A DNA stretch of 64,000 bases. Source: a virus. Location of the stretch: the IMG/VR virus record IMGVR_UViG_3300000216_000003, positions 32,001-96,000 of that record. One strand, 5' to 3'. Both the position numbers and the translations under genes were made by a program. Below are positions 1 through 9,987 of this stretch, in pieces (position 1 is the first letter of the stretch; every line of letters starts with the position of its first letter). The notes below the pieces were generated by a model. The model was not told the origin of the DNA. It saw nothing but the letters and a program-made list of their open reading frames with translations, and made no database searches.

Positions 1-65
1 TGCTTGAATAGTGACGCTCATAAATTTATCACCTATTTTTGAACAATTAAAACTGCTTTCATTAA

Positions 66-98
66 AATAATATCTATATAAGATTTTTGAAAACGTGG
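66..98 (-). promoter_or_regulatory. Phage promoter motif (CCACGTTTTCAAAA..TATAGATATTAT)
   Basis: Near-identical to copies at 12187-12218 and 23956-23987; points out of the window. Confidence 0.7.
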
Positions 99-117
99 TT
101 ATGTACTAAAATCTTAG

Positions 118-945
118 TTATTTGGATGTTCTTAATAATGACAAAATGGGATAGATGAAGTATCTAAGAATCCATTTTGGATTTGATGTTATAATACTTT
201 TTTCAAGTGTACCATTCTGAGTAATCGTCTTGCCATTGTCGAAAACATAGTAATATTTATATTTTTCAAATTCTCCAGACTTTTTCAAAATATCCATATA
301 AGTCTTAGAATATATCTTATAAATATACGTCAAAACTCTAGGATCCCCTGAAAATATAGCCGGAAGTAATTCTTTTACTATGTATTCCGGTGGTGACTTT
401 AATTGTCCTTTTACATCTATTTTATTGTTATACTCATATATAGATGTTTTATTAAAACGCATGTATTTAATTACATCATTGATATGAAATTTTACATCAT
501 TATCTAATATATAATTACTAAATGTAATATTTTTTGAATCTACTGGTATTCCACTAAATACAGCACCATCTTTTTTATATTCAAGTATGTTAACATTATC
601 CCAATCATTATATATCTTACCTAAACAAAATACTTTTGAATACATATTTAAATCAGATATATAATTATGATTAGGGGTAGATGCTTGTTTTAATGTTGTT
701 GCTATAAATATATTCCGTTCTAATTTTGATTCTAAACTGAATATACGTTTGACAAAGTCATTATCTTTTCCAAATATTATTTTACAAATAGTTGGAAATG
801 CAGATGTAATATCAAGCTCAATGATATCTTCTGCTAATATTTGCGTTTGGTTATCATCGGCATAATAATATGCAAATTTTTCTCCAATATTGCCAATAGC
901 ACAGTCTTTAGTTAATCGAGCATAGTCATCAAGAAGATCGATCAC
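118..945 (-). CDS. Divergent, minimal family B DNA polymerase palm-like protein
   Basis: ELDITSAFPTI resembles PolB motif A (DxxSLYPS); EYKKDGAVF a degenerate motif C; IDVKG downstream; no exonuclease domain; next to clamp loader. Confidence 0.55.
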   Translation of the reverse strand: MIDLLDDYARLTKDCAIGNIGEKFAYYYADDNQTQILAEDIIELDITSAFPTICKIIFGKDNDFVKRIFSLESKLERNIFIATTLKQASTPNHNYISDLNMYSKVFCLGKIYNDWDNVNILEYKKDGAVFSGIPVDSKNITFSNYILDNDVKFHINDVIKYMRFNKTSIYEYNNKIDVKGQLKSPPEYIVKELLPAIFSGDPRVLTYIYKIYSKTYMDILKKSGEFEKYKYYYVFDNGKTITQNGTLEKSIITSNPKWILRYFIYPILSLLRTSK

Positions 946-1024
946 TGTCTCTACTTCGCATAATAATATTCACTCCAATTCCTATAATAATAGATACTAT
1001 AGTTCCCGCTAGAAAATCAATCAA
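929..1024 (-). CDS. Small membrane peptide (31 aa, MIDFLAGTIVSIIIGIGVNIIMR...)
   Basis: TTG start overlaps upstream stop; one hydrophobic stretch; below ORF-track cutoff. Confidence 0.4.
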   Translation of the reverse strand: MIDFLAGTIVSIIIGIGVNIIMRSRDSDRSS

Positions 1025-1119
1025 GAGTTATTATTCCGTTTTTGTTCTGCGTCAGAATAAATAACTCTAATTGCGTGAAGTCCTACACATGCTAGTAGAA
1101 GTAGTAATAGCTCGCCCAT
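1021..1119 (-). CDS. Small membrane peptide (32 aa, MGELLLLLLACVGLHAIRV...)
   Basis: ATG ORF filling the gap, upstream GGAG, hydrophobic N-terminus. Confidence 0.4.
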   Translation of the reverse strand: MGELLLLLLACVGLHAIRVIYSDAEQKRNNNS

Positions 1120-1170
1120 TTTATTAAACACTCCATGTTAATTTATTTTAGTCATTCTCTGGGGTACTCC

Positions 1171-2172
1171 TTACATATTGAGTTTTAGAACACGATCTAT
1201 TGCCTCACTTAGAAATGCTAAGTAATGTAAATATGGCAACTTCTTCGTTGAATGAGATTCCAAATACTGTGAAACCAGAATTTTTAATGGGAGAAAATGT
1301 ATCTTATTGTTTATTTCTTCATAAATAGTTTCATAATGTAAATCTCTACTAAATTGTGCAATCTCTAATATTTGAGCATAAGGTTGTGATATTGGAGAAT
1401 TTAATGGACTAGATAGTATTAATTTTTTAGATGTAATATCTGTAGCAGATAAAATAATATTCATTATTTCTAATGTCTTATTAATAATCAGTTCTTCATT
1501 AGAAGATATTTTAGTCTTAACATTACTAAAATCTAACTGCCCATTCAAGGCATTAACTTGAAGACTGGTAATTAAATTCCTAAGCCCCATACTAAAGTTA
1601 GTAAAAGCATAGTTTTTTAATTCTTCTTCATTATACGTAATATTTTCACTATCTAAAATTTGTTTTAATCGAACATATGTGCCTTCCTGGTTAACACCTT
1701 TAAATTCGATAATATGATTAAATCTACTTTGTACAGCAGGGTCAATCTTATTTAAATAATTGGTGGTTGCGATAAAAGTAGCATGGGATTGAAAATTCTC
1801 TAATGTGCCATCTTTAAGTTGAATTAATGCCTGATTTGATAATCTATCAAATTCTTCAATAACGATAATTTTCTTACTGGATTTAATTGCTCTTTTTTGA
1901 ACCCATGTCGATAGAGCATCAATCTCCTGTACAGAACGACTTTTAATCTTATTTAAATCGTTACTATTTTTAATAAATTTGTTAACTAGAATTGAAATAA
2001 GTGCAGATTTACCAGTTCCTGGTTTTCCGCATAAGAGTAAATTTCCATCAATATGGCCGGCCTCCAACCACTTTTGTACTTGATCTTCAAGAGCTTTACT
2101 CTCAAAGACGTACTCGTCAATACCTTTCGGCTTATATTTCATAAACCAACTAGTATCAAGAATATTACCCAT
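1171..2172 (-). CDS. Clamp loader AAA+ subunit (T4 gp44/RFC-like)
   Basis: WFMKYKP N-terminal motif, Walker A GKPGTGKS, Walker B IIVIEEFDRLS, QSRF sensor motif. Confidence 0.9.
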   Translation of the reverse strand: MGNILDTSWFMKYKPKGIDEYVFESKALEDQVQKWLEAGHIDGNLLLCGKPGTGKSALISILVNKFIKNSNDLNKIKSRSVQEIDALSTWVQKRAIKSSKKIIVIEEFDRLSNQALIQLKDGTLENFQSHATFIATTNYLNKIDPAVQSRFNHIIEFKGVNQEGTYVRLKQILDSENITYNEEELKNYAFTNFSMGLRNLITSLQVNALNGQLDFSNVKTKISSNEELIINKTLEIMNIILSATDITSKKLILSSPLNSPISQPYAQILEIAQFSRDLHYETIYEEINNKIHFLPLKILVSQYLESHSTKKLPYLHYLAFLSEAIDRVLKLNM

Positions 2173-2212
2173 GTTTCTCCTTTATATAGTAATCAAAGTA
2201 AAATCCCAATTT

Positions 2213-2240
2213 ATTATATCTATATGTCTATTTTAAAAAC
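2213..2240 (-). promoter_or_regulatory. Phage promoter motif TATAGATATAAT
   Basis: Intergenic, upstream of clamp loader, with upstream GTTTTTAAAA. Confidence 0.7.
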
Positions 2241-2252
2241 ACAAATAAATCT

Positions 2253-2492
2253 TCAGGCATTCTCAAGGAATGCCCGAAGAAGAAGTCTATTGTTTCTTTC
2301 ATTTGTTGATGATCTTATTATTTCTGGTATATATTTTACATCCAACCAATGATATCCGGTTCCTTCCCAGAATTGTATATTTAATACATATTCATTAGTT
2401 GCATCTTGTTTTAATTTAGCAATGGGTTTATTATTTTTTAATAGACAATAAGCCCATTCACTCCAACCTAAATCTTCTTCATTATAAATCAT
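2253..2492 (-). CDS. Small protein with tag A (ends LLLRAFLENA)
   Basis: Coupled ORF in array; shared C-terminal motif. Confidence 0.7.
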   Translation of the reverse strand: MIYNEEDLGWSEWAYCLLKNNKPIAKLKQDATNEYVLNIQFWEGTGYHWLDVKYIPEIIRSSTNERNNRLLLRAFLENA

Positions 2493-2689
2493 ACTAATAA
2501 TAATAAGGCTTTACTAAGTTCTACCTTATTTTCTTTATTAGTACATATTTTTAAATACATACGAATATAATCTAATGATAAAAATATGGAAAAACTAGGA
2601 TCATCATTTAGATACGTCACTTTAAATATTGCAGTATTTCCTGAAACTTTTTGGTATACAAAATTAGATCTATTTACAATATGTTTCAT
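2489..2689 (-). CDS. Small protein with tag A (ends CTNKENKVELSKALLLLV)
   Basis: Stop/start overlaps; shared C-terminal motif. Confidence 0.7.
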   Translation of the reverse strand: MKHIVNRSNFVYQKVSGNTAIFKVTYLNDDPSFSIFLSLDYIRMYLKICTNKENKVELSKALLLLV

Positions 2690-2937
2690 TAACTTTCTTC
2701 TAAAACTAGGCGCATTATTCTGTATTCATCTTCTTTAGATATGCAGTATTTAGAAATTTCTCTTATATTTATACTATCTTTATCTAATTCCCAATAAGGA
2801 CACCCATCACTACCATGAACAAGACATGCTCCAGCTGGTACAGATTTCATCTTTAATTTAATTTGTTCATCATGTGATATTCTAAATTTAACATTAGGAA
2901 TGAAAGAATCCATCCCTCCAAGTGTATTTAAAAACAT
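2689..2937 (-). CDS. Small protein with tag A (ends IMRLVLEES)
   Basis: Array member. Confidence 0.7.
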   Translation of the reverse strand: MFLNTLGGMDSFIPNVKFRISHDEQIKLKMKSVPAGACLVHGSDGCPYWELDKDSINIREISKYCISKEDEYRIMRLVLEES

Positions 2938-2947
2938 ATTAATACCT

Positions 2948-3235
2948 TTATGTTTGACTTAGTATAAATCGAGTTAGTTCATATTTAGCCTGTCGAGTAC
3001 TGCATCTATTTATCATTCTTTTAGCCCCATCTACCGTCATCATATAAGTAGTTGGAAATAATTTAGATTTATTATAAAAATTATAGTATGGTTCAGTTTT
3101 TATTCTAAATACGCCACTATCTCCTATCATATGGTTTAATTTAATTTCCATTATAGTTACATTATCAAGATAGTGTTTTATTTCATCACCTTGTGTTATT
3201 ATTTTATATTTCCAGTTGCGATACCATTCAATCAT
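2948..3235 (-). CDS. Small protein with tag A (ends CSTRQAKYELTRFILSQT)
   Basis: Paralog of 4284-4562 (EPYYN...FP...RCSTRQA). Confidence 0.75.
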   Translation of the reverse strand: MIEWYRNWKYKIITQGDEIKHYLDNVTIMEIKLNHMIGDSGVFRIKTEPYYNFYNKSKLFPTTYMMTVDGAKRMINRCSTRQAKYELTRFILSQT

Positions 3236-3429
3236 AATAGTTTCAATATTAATTTAGTTAAAACATTTTTAGCTTTAGATGTAGTGCAATGATTTAAGAT
3301 GATTCTTGCATCATCAACACCTCTAACGAATAGAGGCATATGACGATCATCATCAAATACCACATATACATGACTACTATCTGGCCATTCATAGGCATTT
3401 ATAATTCTATGAGAATTTAATAATATCAT
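3232..3429 (-). CDS. Small protein with tag A (ends CTTSKAKNVLTKLILKLL)
   Basis: Array member, ATGA overlaps. Confidence 0.75.
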   Translation of the reverse strand: MILLNSHRIINAYEWPDSSHVYVVFDDDRHMPLFVRGVDDARIILNHCTTSKAKNVLTKLILKLL

Positions 3430-3656
3430 GAATGTTCCAATATAAATTTAGTAAGAGTATGTTTTGCTTTATCAGTAATGCAATCAAGTAGATAACTTTT
3501 AGCTAAATATGGGCTTAAATGCATCTCTCTTTTAACTCCGATTGCTTCAGTAACTGTTACAATTGGACATTTTTTACATGTAATTGGTTCCCATATAAAA
3601 ACATCAACTATTCCTATAACGGCTAATATTTCTTCTTCCGTTAATATATCACTCAT
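3426..3656 (-). CDS. Small protein with tag A (ends CITDKAKHTLTKFILEHS)
   Basis: Array member, ATGA overlaps. Confidence 0.75.
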   Translation of the reverse strand: MSDILTEEEILAVIGIVDVFIWEPITCKKCPIVTVTEAIGVKREMHLSPYLAKSYLLDCITDKAKHTLTKFILEHS

Positions 3657-3850
3657 GACTCCTCTAATAATATTCTAAGTAGTTGTTTATCTACTCCAGG
3701 AACATGCGGTTCTTGCATTAACTCTTTAATTGTTTCAGGTGTATTTTTATATCTCATTACTTGATTATACTTATTATACTTATTATACCTTCGAACGAGT
3801 ATATCTAAAGGCCAATTAGATCCATCTTTAGTATTTATAACTTTGAGAAT
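3653..3850 (-). CDS. Unlisted 65-aa protein with tag A, probable ATT start (ends LLRILLEES)
   Basis: Open frame fills the gap exactly; ATT overlaps upstream TAA (TAATT) after AAGGA; ends GAGGAGTCATGA. Confidence 0.55.
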   Translation of the reverse strand: MLKVINTKDGSNWPLDILVRRYNKYNKYNQVMRYKNTPETIKELMQEPHVPGVDKQLLRILLEES

Positions 3851-4284
3851 TATACAGTCCTTAATAAGTATCTCCCAATATTCATTTTTAATTGAGGTCT
3901 CTTTACCAGTTCAAAATATTCTTTTAACATACTTGGTTTTGGACTTTTTGCTATTAATAAATCAACACTATCTAATGATATCTTGTTATAATCACTAATA
4001 TGCACTTTTCTGGCGGTTAAATCAAAATACAGGATAGTATCGATAATATTAAAAGTTATTAATACTTGATCTTCGAAATCAAATATACAAACACCTGTAA
4101 ATTGTTCAATATCTGTATGAGGACAATTTTTTAAATGACAATCTCTTATTCTTTTCTGTTCTGATATGCGCTTAATATACCGATTGGATTGTGGTTCAAG
4201 GGAAGACCATTTATAACCAATACCAGTACTTATTGGTTTTTCATATTCTTTTTCACTAAGTACATCATATCCAAAATGACACAT
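3850..4284 (-). CDS. Hypothetical protein with tag-A-like end (IGRYLLRTV)
   Basis: Coupled ORF in array. Confidence 0.7.
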   Translation of the reverse strand: MCHFGYDVLSEKEYEKPISTGIGYKWSSLEPQSNRYIKRISEQKRIRDCHLKNCPHTDIEQFTGVCIFDFEDQVLITFNIIDTILYFDLTARKVHISDYNKISLDSVDLLIAKSPKPSMLKEYFELVKRPQLKMNIGRYLLRTV

Positions 4285-4562
4285 TATGATCTCTCTAGTA
4301 TAAGTTTAGTAAGTGCATTCCTAGCTTGTCGTGTGCTGCATCTAGGTAATAGTTTAAGCGCATCTTCTTTTGTTAAATGAATTGCCGCAGGAAACCTATT
4401 CCGACGAAATTGCCATTCATTATAATACGGCTCCGGTGTAATTCTGTATGAGTGTAGAAGTTGTTCATATTCAACTAACATAATCGTAGTAGTTAATAGA
4501 TGAGTTATGATATCTTTATATAATTGATTACCTCCATAATCAAATCCATAATCAAACCCCAT
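4284..4562 (-). CDS. Small protein with tag A (ends CSTRQARNALTKLILERS)
   Basis: Array member. Confidence 0.75.
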   Translation of the reverse strand: MGFDYGFDYGGNQLYKDIITHLLTTTIMLVEYEQLLHSYRITPEPYYNEWQFRRNRFPAAIHLTKEDALKLLPRCSTRQARNALTKLILERS

Positions 4563-4759
4563 TATATAGACTCTAATATAAATTTAGTAAGTTCATTTTT
4601 TGCTTGAGGTGTAATGCATCTGGATAGCATATCTTGCGCCTTTATTTTATCCATCATAATATAATAAACTTTCCTATCCAGAGTTATTACTTTAAAATCT
4701 GGACAGGAAAAATGTTCGGTTGGAAGTATACGAATCTCAATTACATCAGTTACTGGCAT
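4562..4759 (-). CDS. Small protein with tag A (ends CITPQAKNELTKFILESI)
   Basis: Array member coupled to topoisomerase stop (TAATG). Confidence 0.75.
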   Translation of the reverse strand: MPVTDVIEIRILPTEHFSCPDFKVITLDRKVYYIMMDKIKAQDMLSRCITPQAKNELTKFILESI

Positions 4760-6084
4760 TACTTTAAGCTATCAAGTCTATCTAAAGTTAGTTTATCATG
4801 ATCTTTTATATCACCTAAAATCCGTTTAAGATCTCCTTGAACTGCGACTATATCAATATCTTTTTCAATTAAAGTTTTAATTCGATATTTACCACAGACT
4901 TGTCTAATTTCATCGTCTTCAATATTCATCTTATTATATGGAATAGTATGAGCATAAATTTGTCTAAATCCAGTAACTAAGTCATCTACTTTTTTCAAAG
5001 AAGATCCAGATTCAACTAACATCCTAATAATACTAATAATATTAAGTTCTCTGATTTTCTTTTGACTCTTAGCTAATTCATCTTTTAGATTACCCATCCA
5101 AGCATCTTTCCATTTAGAAAAAGCATTGAAAAGTATTTGATCTATCGAATATAATTGCACAGTGCCGTTCTCACTAACAAAATTACATTTTACATTTACT
5201 TTAGAACTAACTTGCATTTGAACTGTATGAATAAACTGTTGATCACAATTACCTTTTCTAGGGGTAACCTCAATACATAACACCTTTTTCTCAGTTAAAT
5301 CTATGACATCATAGTACGGAATCTTGTTCTTTTCTTCATATTTTTCATTAAAGGAAATCAACCTAGAGAAACCGATTAATGGATTTTTACCTAGAATATA
5401 TACTGAATTATTTTTAACAATTATTTTCGGTACTATTTGAACAGTTCCAATACCAGTTGTCAATATTTTTTCAAAATCACCAACAGTCTCTTCATATACA
5501 TCACAATTCTCTACTTGTGGTATAATTGTAGGTGGTGTTTGATTTGTTAATAATGCATGAGTTCTACTTATTAGATCAAAGAAAGAATATCTTGGAATTT
5601 TAGTAATATTAAAGGAAATACCCGTAATAAACCCATTTCCGATTAATCCTAGGGGGATTGGAGAAGGTAGGTATAACGGCTCTTTCTCTAATTCTATCTT
5701 CTCCCAAGGTACAAAATCAAGAAACTCACTAAACATCTTATCTAAATAACTAGATGTTTTAATTTCTGTGTATCTATAGGCAGCTGCTTTAACACTATGT
5801 AATGCATCATGTCCCCAGTTTCCCATCGGTTCAGCGAAACCACGTTTGGCTAGGGATATAAGAGATGCATAAGTAGATAGATCACCATGAGGGTGATAAT
5901 GTGCAATAGCTTGACCTACAATTTTAGCAGATTTTACAAATTTGCCACCTCTTGCCACTTCATGCAGGCAGAGTAATAATCGTCTTTCGACAGGCTTTAG
6001 AGCGTCGACGTCACCAGGAATTGCTCTTAGAGCATCTGTGTATCGTCCATATGTTGCATATAGTGATGGGATAGCAATTTTCAA
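4759..6084 (-). CDS. Type IIA DNA topoisomerase subunit A (GyrA/ParC/T4 gp52-like, no C-terminal pinwheel)
   Basis: RAIP..DALKPVERR, KSAKIVG, YHPHGD, AAAYRYTE with catalytic Tyr. Confidence 0.92.
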   Translation of the reverse strand: MKIAIPSLYATYGRYTDALRAIPGDVDALKPVERRLLLCLHEVARGGKFVKSAKIVGQAIAHYHPHGDLSTYASLISLAKRGFAEPMGNWGHDALHSVKAAAYRYTEIKTSSYLDKMFSEFLDFVPWEKIELEKEPLYLPSPIPLGLIGNGFITGISFNITKIPRYSFFDLISRTHALLTNQTPPTIIPQVENCDVYEETVGDFEKILTTGIGTVQIVPKIIVKNNSVYILGKNPLIGFSRLISFNEKYEEKNKIPYYDVIDLTEKKVLCIEVTPRKGNCDQQFIHTVQMQVSSKVNVKCNFVSENGTVQLYSIDQILFNAFSKWKDAWMGNLKDELAKSQKKIRELNIISIIRMLVESGSSLKKVDDLVTGFRQIYAHTIPYNKMNIEDDEIRQVCGKYRIKTLIEKDIDIVAVQGDLKRILGDIKDHDKLTLDRLDSLK

Positions 6085-6096
6085 AGTTTACTTTCC

Positions 6097-7089
6097 TTAT
6101 GACAAAGATAATTGGAACCTATTAAGTTTATTTCTAAAAGCATTATATTCACCGACCATATGAACATATGCAACCATACGAGTAAGCATTCCAGTATAGT
6201 CATAATCATAACTACCTAGTTCAACATTTCGTATACATGGTACACTTACCCATATTTTTTTAAATGCTTGAGGATTATAAATATTAAATACTAACCCTTT
6301 TATATTTATAACCATATTTGTTTTATACTTACTTGCTGTAGCGGCATCGTTAATTCTAGTCATTTGCTTTAGAATAGATTCAACATCATCTGTTATTTTA
6401 TCTTGTGAATTAAGCAAATTTGTATATTCTGCATTTTTAAATATGGATGCTATTTTATTAATACTAGAAGATGGGATATCTATTGTTGAATGACTATTAC
6501 TAGTATATGATCCATCTGCAAGATAGTTTAAAAATTTCAAATGTTCTGATGTAGTACTATCTCCAATCTTTTGAATATTTTGCAGTTTCTTAATAATTGT
6601 CTTTAATTTATCTGTTAATTTTTCTTCTAATGGGTAAAAACCCAACATACCTATAGTACATTCAAAATTTAAATAAGTATAATTATCCCCTACTTGGCGT
6701 TTACTATAAATTGATAATTCTTTAGGTCTTAAATTAACCCGAAATTGATGAGCAGTGCCTTCGAAAACCTTGTCTATTAATTTTTGAAAATTGATAGTTT
6801 TAATTGCCTGTTTATTTGTAAACCGACAAGCAGAATGCCCTTCTACTTCCCGTATAGTTATACTACTAAAACGATTACTATCATCAATAATAAATATAAC
6901 ACCGTTTTTTACATTAGCAATACCTTGCCTACTATTAATTTGATCAAATTCAATCATTGATGAGAATGCCCACCCTGCATTATCAACAAGATAAATCCCT
7001 TTTTGGTTTTCTAATAAAGAGGAGTATTTATTACCACCCCTAAATATTATATCATTATTAGATGCTTCCAAAATATTCGTTATTTTCAT
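6097..7089 (-). CDS. Hypothetical protein, possible internal head protein
   Basis: 330-aa ORF; N-terminus MKITNILEA resembles T4-type capsid-targeting leaders. Confidence 0.5.
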   Translation of the reverse strand: MKITNILEASNNDIIFRGGNKYSSLLENQKGIYLVDNAGWAFSSMIEFDQINSRQGIANVKNGVIFIIDDSNRFSSITIREVEGHSACRFTNKQAIKTINFQKLIDKVFEGTAHQFRVNLRPKELSIYSKRQVGDNYTYLNFECTIGMLGFYPLEEKLTDKLKTIIKKLQNIQKIGDSTTSEHLKFLNYLADGSYTSNSHSTIDIPSSSINKIASIFKNAEYTNLLNSQDKITDDVESILKQMTRINDAATASKYKTNMVINIKGLVFNIYNPQAFKKIWVSVPCIRNVELGSYDYDYTGMLTRMVAYVHMVGEYNAFRNKLNRFQLSLS

Positions 7090-7487
7090 GTTAGTAACAG
7101 TTTAATCCTTTGAAATTCGTGAATAACAGTTTTGACTGCGCTATAATGTCTTAGTATCTGATACATTTCAACTGGAAATTTTTTCTCATTTACTTCAAAT
7201 ATATAAGAATCTGTCTCAGTATTAACTGATATAGATCTTTTAGTTCCCCCATTTTTATTCCCTACCAACCAGTATAGTTTTATACTACCAGTTTCAAAGA
7301 ATTTTTTATATATATGTCTATCCATAAATTGAAAGTTCGGTTCTTTCTCATCTTTAATAATATAATCAAGAAATTTTTCTCCACAATTATCCAATTCTAA
7401 TAGAGAGGCATGTATTTCTTTTATATTATCAAAATCTTGAACCGTATTTGTAATGGTATTCATATATTTAGCGTCAAGTTTTATCAA
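7086..7487 (-). CDS. Hypothetical protein
   Basis: ORF coupled to both neighbours. Confidence 0.65.
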   Translation of the reverse strand: MIKLDAKYMNTITNTVQDFDNIKEIHASLLELDNCGEKFLDYIIKDEKEPNFQFMDRHIYKKFFETGSIKLYWLVGNKNGGTKRSISVNTETDSYIFEVNEKKFPVEMYQILRHYSAVKTVIHEFQRIKLLLT

Positions 7488-8400
7488 TATTCATTAACTC
7501 CGAAACATCTTTTGTTAATATTGGCTTATAATATTCAGCAGTACATTCTGGATTTAATTGATTCATTACTTGAGTTATTGAAAATTTAATTTGATTCGTA
7601 TTCAAAATATCAGCATCGAAAACAATTTTAAAGTTATGTTTTCCGATTAATAAAAAATTAGTAATTAGTTCTTTAACTACTTTTGTATAATACTTACCAT
7701 TAATGGCTAAGAAAAAATTATTCTTAGTATTAAAAATACTATAATGGTAAAGATTAATAGCATCAAATGCACCTTCACATATAACAATAGATTCGAATTC
7801 ATCTATCTTTCCTATATCTTGAAAGAAATAATATTGTTTATTGGTTGCATTCATATAACGTATTTTTGAAGGAGATATAAATCTAGAAGTGACTATATTT
7901 CCATTATAATTACTAAATGTACATCTTAATTTATTATCATATACATCTGGGTATAAGAAATGTTCTAGTGCCGATCCATCTAATATTCTTGTATATAAAT
8001 ATCTTTGAAAAACATCATAATATTGTGGATTATTACTTCTAAACTCTCTATGTATACTTTGTATTGGTATTTTTTTCTGTTTTATTAATGATTTTGAAGA
8101 GGATGTAAATACATAATCAGTCTTAAGAGATGCAAGTTTCCTAAGCACATCTATATTACTAAATCCACCATCTTTTAATAACTTTAATAATGAACCCTTA
8201 CTATCACATCTAAAACAGTTAAAAAATGGCTTCCTTCTACCAATATTCATATGCCCGTGGGATGGATTTAACTTTCTAATTGCATCATCACAGTAAGGGC
8301 AAAACATTTCATAATATTCATGATTTGGTAACAGTTTAAATATTTTTGAAGTTGTTTGTAAATGATATACGATATCAGGAAAGTCTTCTATTTGAAACAA
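7474..8400 (-). CDS. DNA primase (zinc finger + TOPRIM)
   Basis: CPYC...FNCFRC zinc finger; ICEGAFDA and VFDAD TOPRIM motifs; C-terminal KD. Confidence 0.88.
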   Translation of the reverse strand: MFQIEDFPDIVYHLQTTSKIFKLLPNHEYYEMFCPYCDDAIRKLNPSHGHMNIGRRKPFFNCFRCDSKGSLLKLLKDGGFSNIDVLRKLASLKTDYVFTSSSKSLIKQKKIPIQSIHREFRSNNPQYYDVFQRYLYTRILDGSALEHFLYPDVYDNKLRCTFSNYNGNIVTSRFISPSKIRYMNATNKQYYFFQDIGKIDEFESIVICEGAFDAINLYHYSIFNTKNNFFLAINGKYYTKVVKELITNFLLIGKHNFKIVFDADILNTNQIKFSITQVMNQLNPECTAEYYKPILTKDVSELMNIDKT

Positions 8401-8433
8401 TTAAAACCCTCCAATTAATGCATTAACATATTT

Positions 8434-8445
8434 ATTATATCTATA
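8434..8445 (-). promoter_or_regulatory. Phage promoter motif TATAGATATAAT
   Basis: Upstream of primase. Confidence 0.7.
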
Positions 8446-8460
8446 TAAGATCAATAAAAA

Positions 8461-8757
8461 CTAATATATTTCTAGAAGTATATCAGATACATGATTAGGA
8501 TTGTCTCCAAATATATAGACAGATTGACAAGAACTTATTATGTTTACTAATTCACCATTAAAGAATTCTAACTGCCAGAAGTTTTGCCAATGATGGTCAT
8601 CATCTGTCTTTACTTTATATGGATTTCCAAATAATAAAAATAATCTATCATTATTAGAATAGTTCGGTATTTGTATCTGTATTTGACTTGGGTCATTAAC
8701 TCCAAAGAACCCGGATTCAGAAAGAGTTTTGATATGTTTACATTTATAATTTCTCAT
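8461..8757 (-). CDS. Hypothetical protein
   Basis: Coupled ORF; LFGNPYK..DD....FWQLEF typical of small phage proteins. Confidence 0.65.
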   Translation of the reverse strand: MRNYKCKHIKTLSESGFFGVNDPSQIQIQIPNYSNNDRLFLLFGNPYKVKTDDDHHWQNFWQLEFFNGELVNIISSCQSVYIFGDNPNHVSDILLEIY

Positions 8758-9104
8758 ATTTTAATTCTTAAGTGTTTAAATACTGGCACTATTGCTTTTA
8801 ATGAATTTGATCTTACTCTTAAATTATTGTCATATAACCTTATTATAACACAATATTTTCCAATCTTCAATTTCCAGAAGATTGCCGGTCCTGGATCAAC
8901 CCAGTCATTTTCTTCATCTACCATCTGCCAAAATGAATCTTTTGGTGGTTGTGGTTCCTTAGTACCTCCACCAATCATTAATGCTATCCTATCTTCAGTT
9001 ATATTTTCTTTTTTATAGTAAACTTCAAATTTATATTTTTGAGAACACATATCTTGTTTTCGAACATTCAAAGCAGTAAATTTTAACATTGGTAAGTTCT
9101 CCAT
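8754..9104 (-). CDS. Hypothetical protein
   Basis: Coupled ORF. Confidence 0.6.
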   Translation of the reverse strand: MENLPMLKFTALNVRKQDMCSQKYKFEVYYKKENITEDRIALMIGGGTKEPQPPKDSFWQMVDEENDWVDPGPAIFWKLKIGKYCVIIRLYDNNLRVRSNSLKAIVPVFKHLRIKI

Positions 9105-9391
9105 AACTCTTTACTTACTTTTTCTAATGATTCATGACTTGGCCCAAAATCAGGGTTTGGATAAGTTTTAAAGGGAGTACATTTTTCCAATAGAAATACA
9201 TGTTCTTTTAATGGTGAACAATTACATTCCCAATACACCGCCTCTTCATATAGAAGCGGTATATTAACTGTTGCTTTACAGGACCGACAATCATAACCAG
9301 CCCATGTAAAGAATGAAGAGAGCCTAGATATAACTAGAGCTTCTCTATATGGTGTTTTTTCTACAATAGTAATATCTTCTCTAAATCCCAT
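9083..9391 (-). CDS. Hypothetical protein, possible zinc-binding
   Basis: CRSC and CNC motifs. Confidence 0.6.
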   Translation of the reverse strand: MGFREDITIVEKTPYREALVISRLSSFFTWAGYDCRSCKATVNIPLLYEEAVYWECNCSPLKEHVFLLEKCTPFKTYPNPDFGPSHESLEKVSKELWRTYQC

Positions 9392-9971
9392 TTTTTAAAT
9401 CAATATAATCACTATATTGATCCAATATAGGAATAATAAAACTATCTACAAAATCGGTTAAATCAGTATCAAATATATCTAATGCGACAGTTAATTTCAT
9501 AGTTTCTTTTGGCATGTTGATTGTTTCATCTACATTATGCATAGTTTCTAATGCTTTAATCTTAAAATTAAAATGAGAAACTAATAATTTTTTCAGTTCA
9601 TATGAATCAGTTGGGACTGTTTCTAAAGAAGGTAATGTAATTTTAACCATATCTACAAACAGTATTTCATAAATAAAACGGCCCATAGTTTGAAGCCGTT
9701 GTGATGATAAATTTATAGATTCTTTATAAGGTAAAGAAAAATAATTTTCATCAATATAATCAATCATATCAATTAGTGATTGTTCTGGTAATTCATCAAA
9801 TCCTTGCATATAATTAATACCAAGATTTGTCAAATGTATATATTGACTTTGAATATCAGTATCAAGTTCTTCTTTGACTATAAATCTGTTAATTTGTTTG
9901 ATGATATGCGGATGCCAAGAGGCACCCGCTTTAGTTACATCATCATTATATAGTAGTGTTTCGTTGATCAT
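9381..9971 (-). CDS. Hypothetical protein
   Basis: 196-aa ORF with AAGG RBS. Confidence 0.7.
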   Translation of the reverse strand: MINETLLYNDDVTKAGASWHPHIIKQINRFIVKEELDTDIQSQYIHLTNLGINYMQGFDELPEQSLIDMIDYIDENYFSLPYKESINLSSQRLQTMGRFIYEILFVDMVKITLPSLETVPTDSYELKKLLVSHFNFKIKALETMHNVDETINMPKETMKLTVALDIFDTDLTDFVDSFIIPILDQYSDYIDLKNGI

Positions 9972-9987
9972 AATATATTAAATACCT

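Noticed and set aside
3772-3790. Short 9-bp tandem repeat (YNK YNK YN)
   Set aside because: In-frame micro-duplication in AT-rich DNA with no sign of function.
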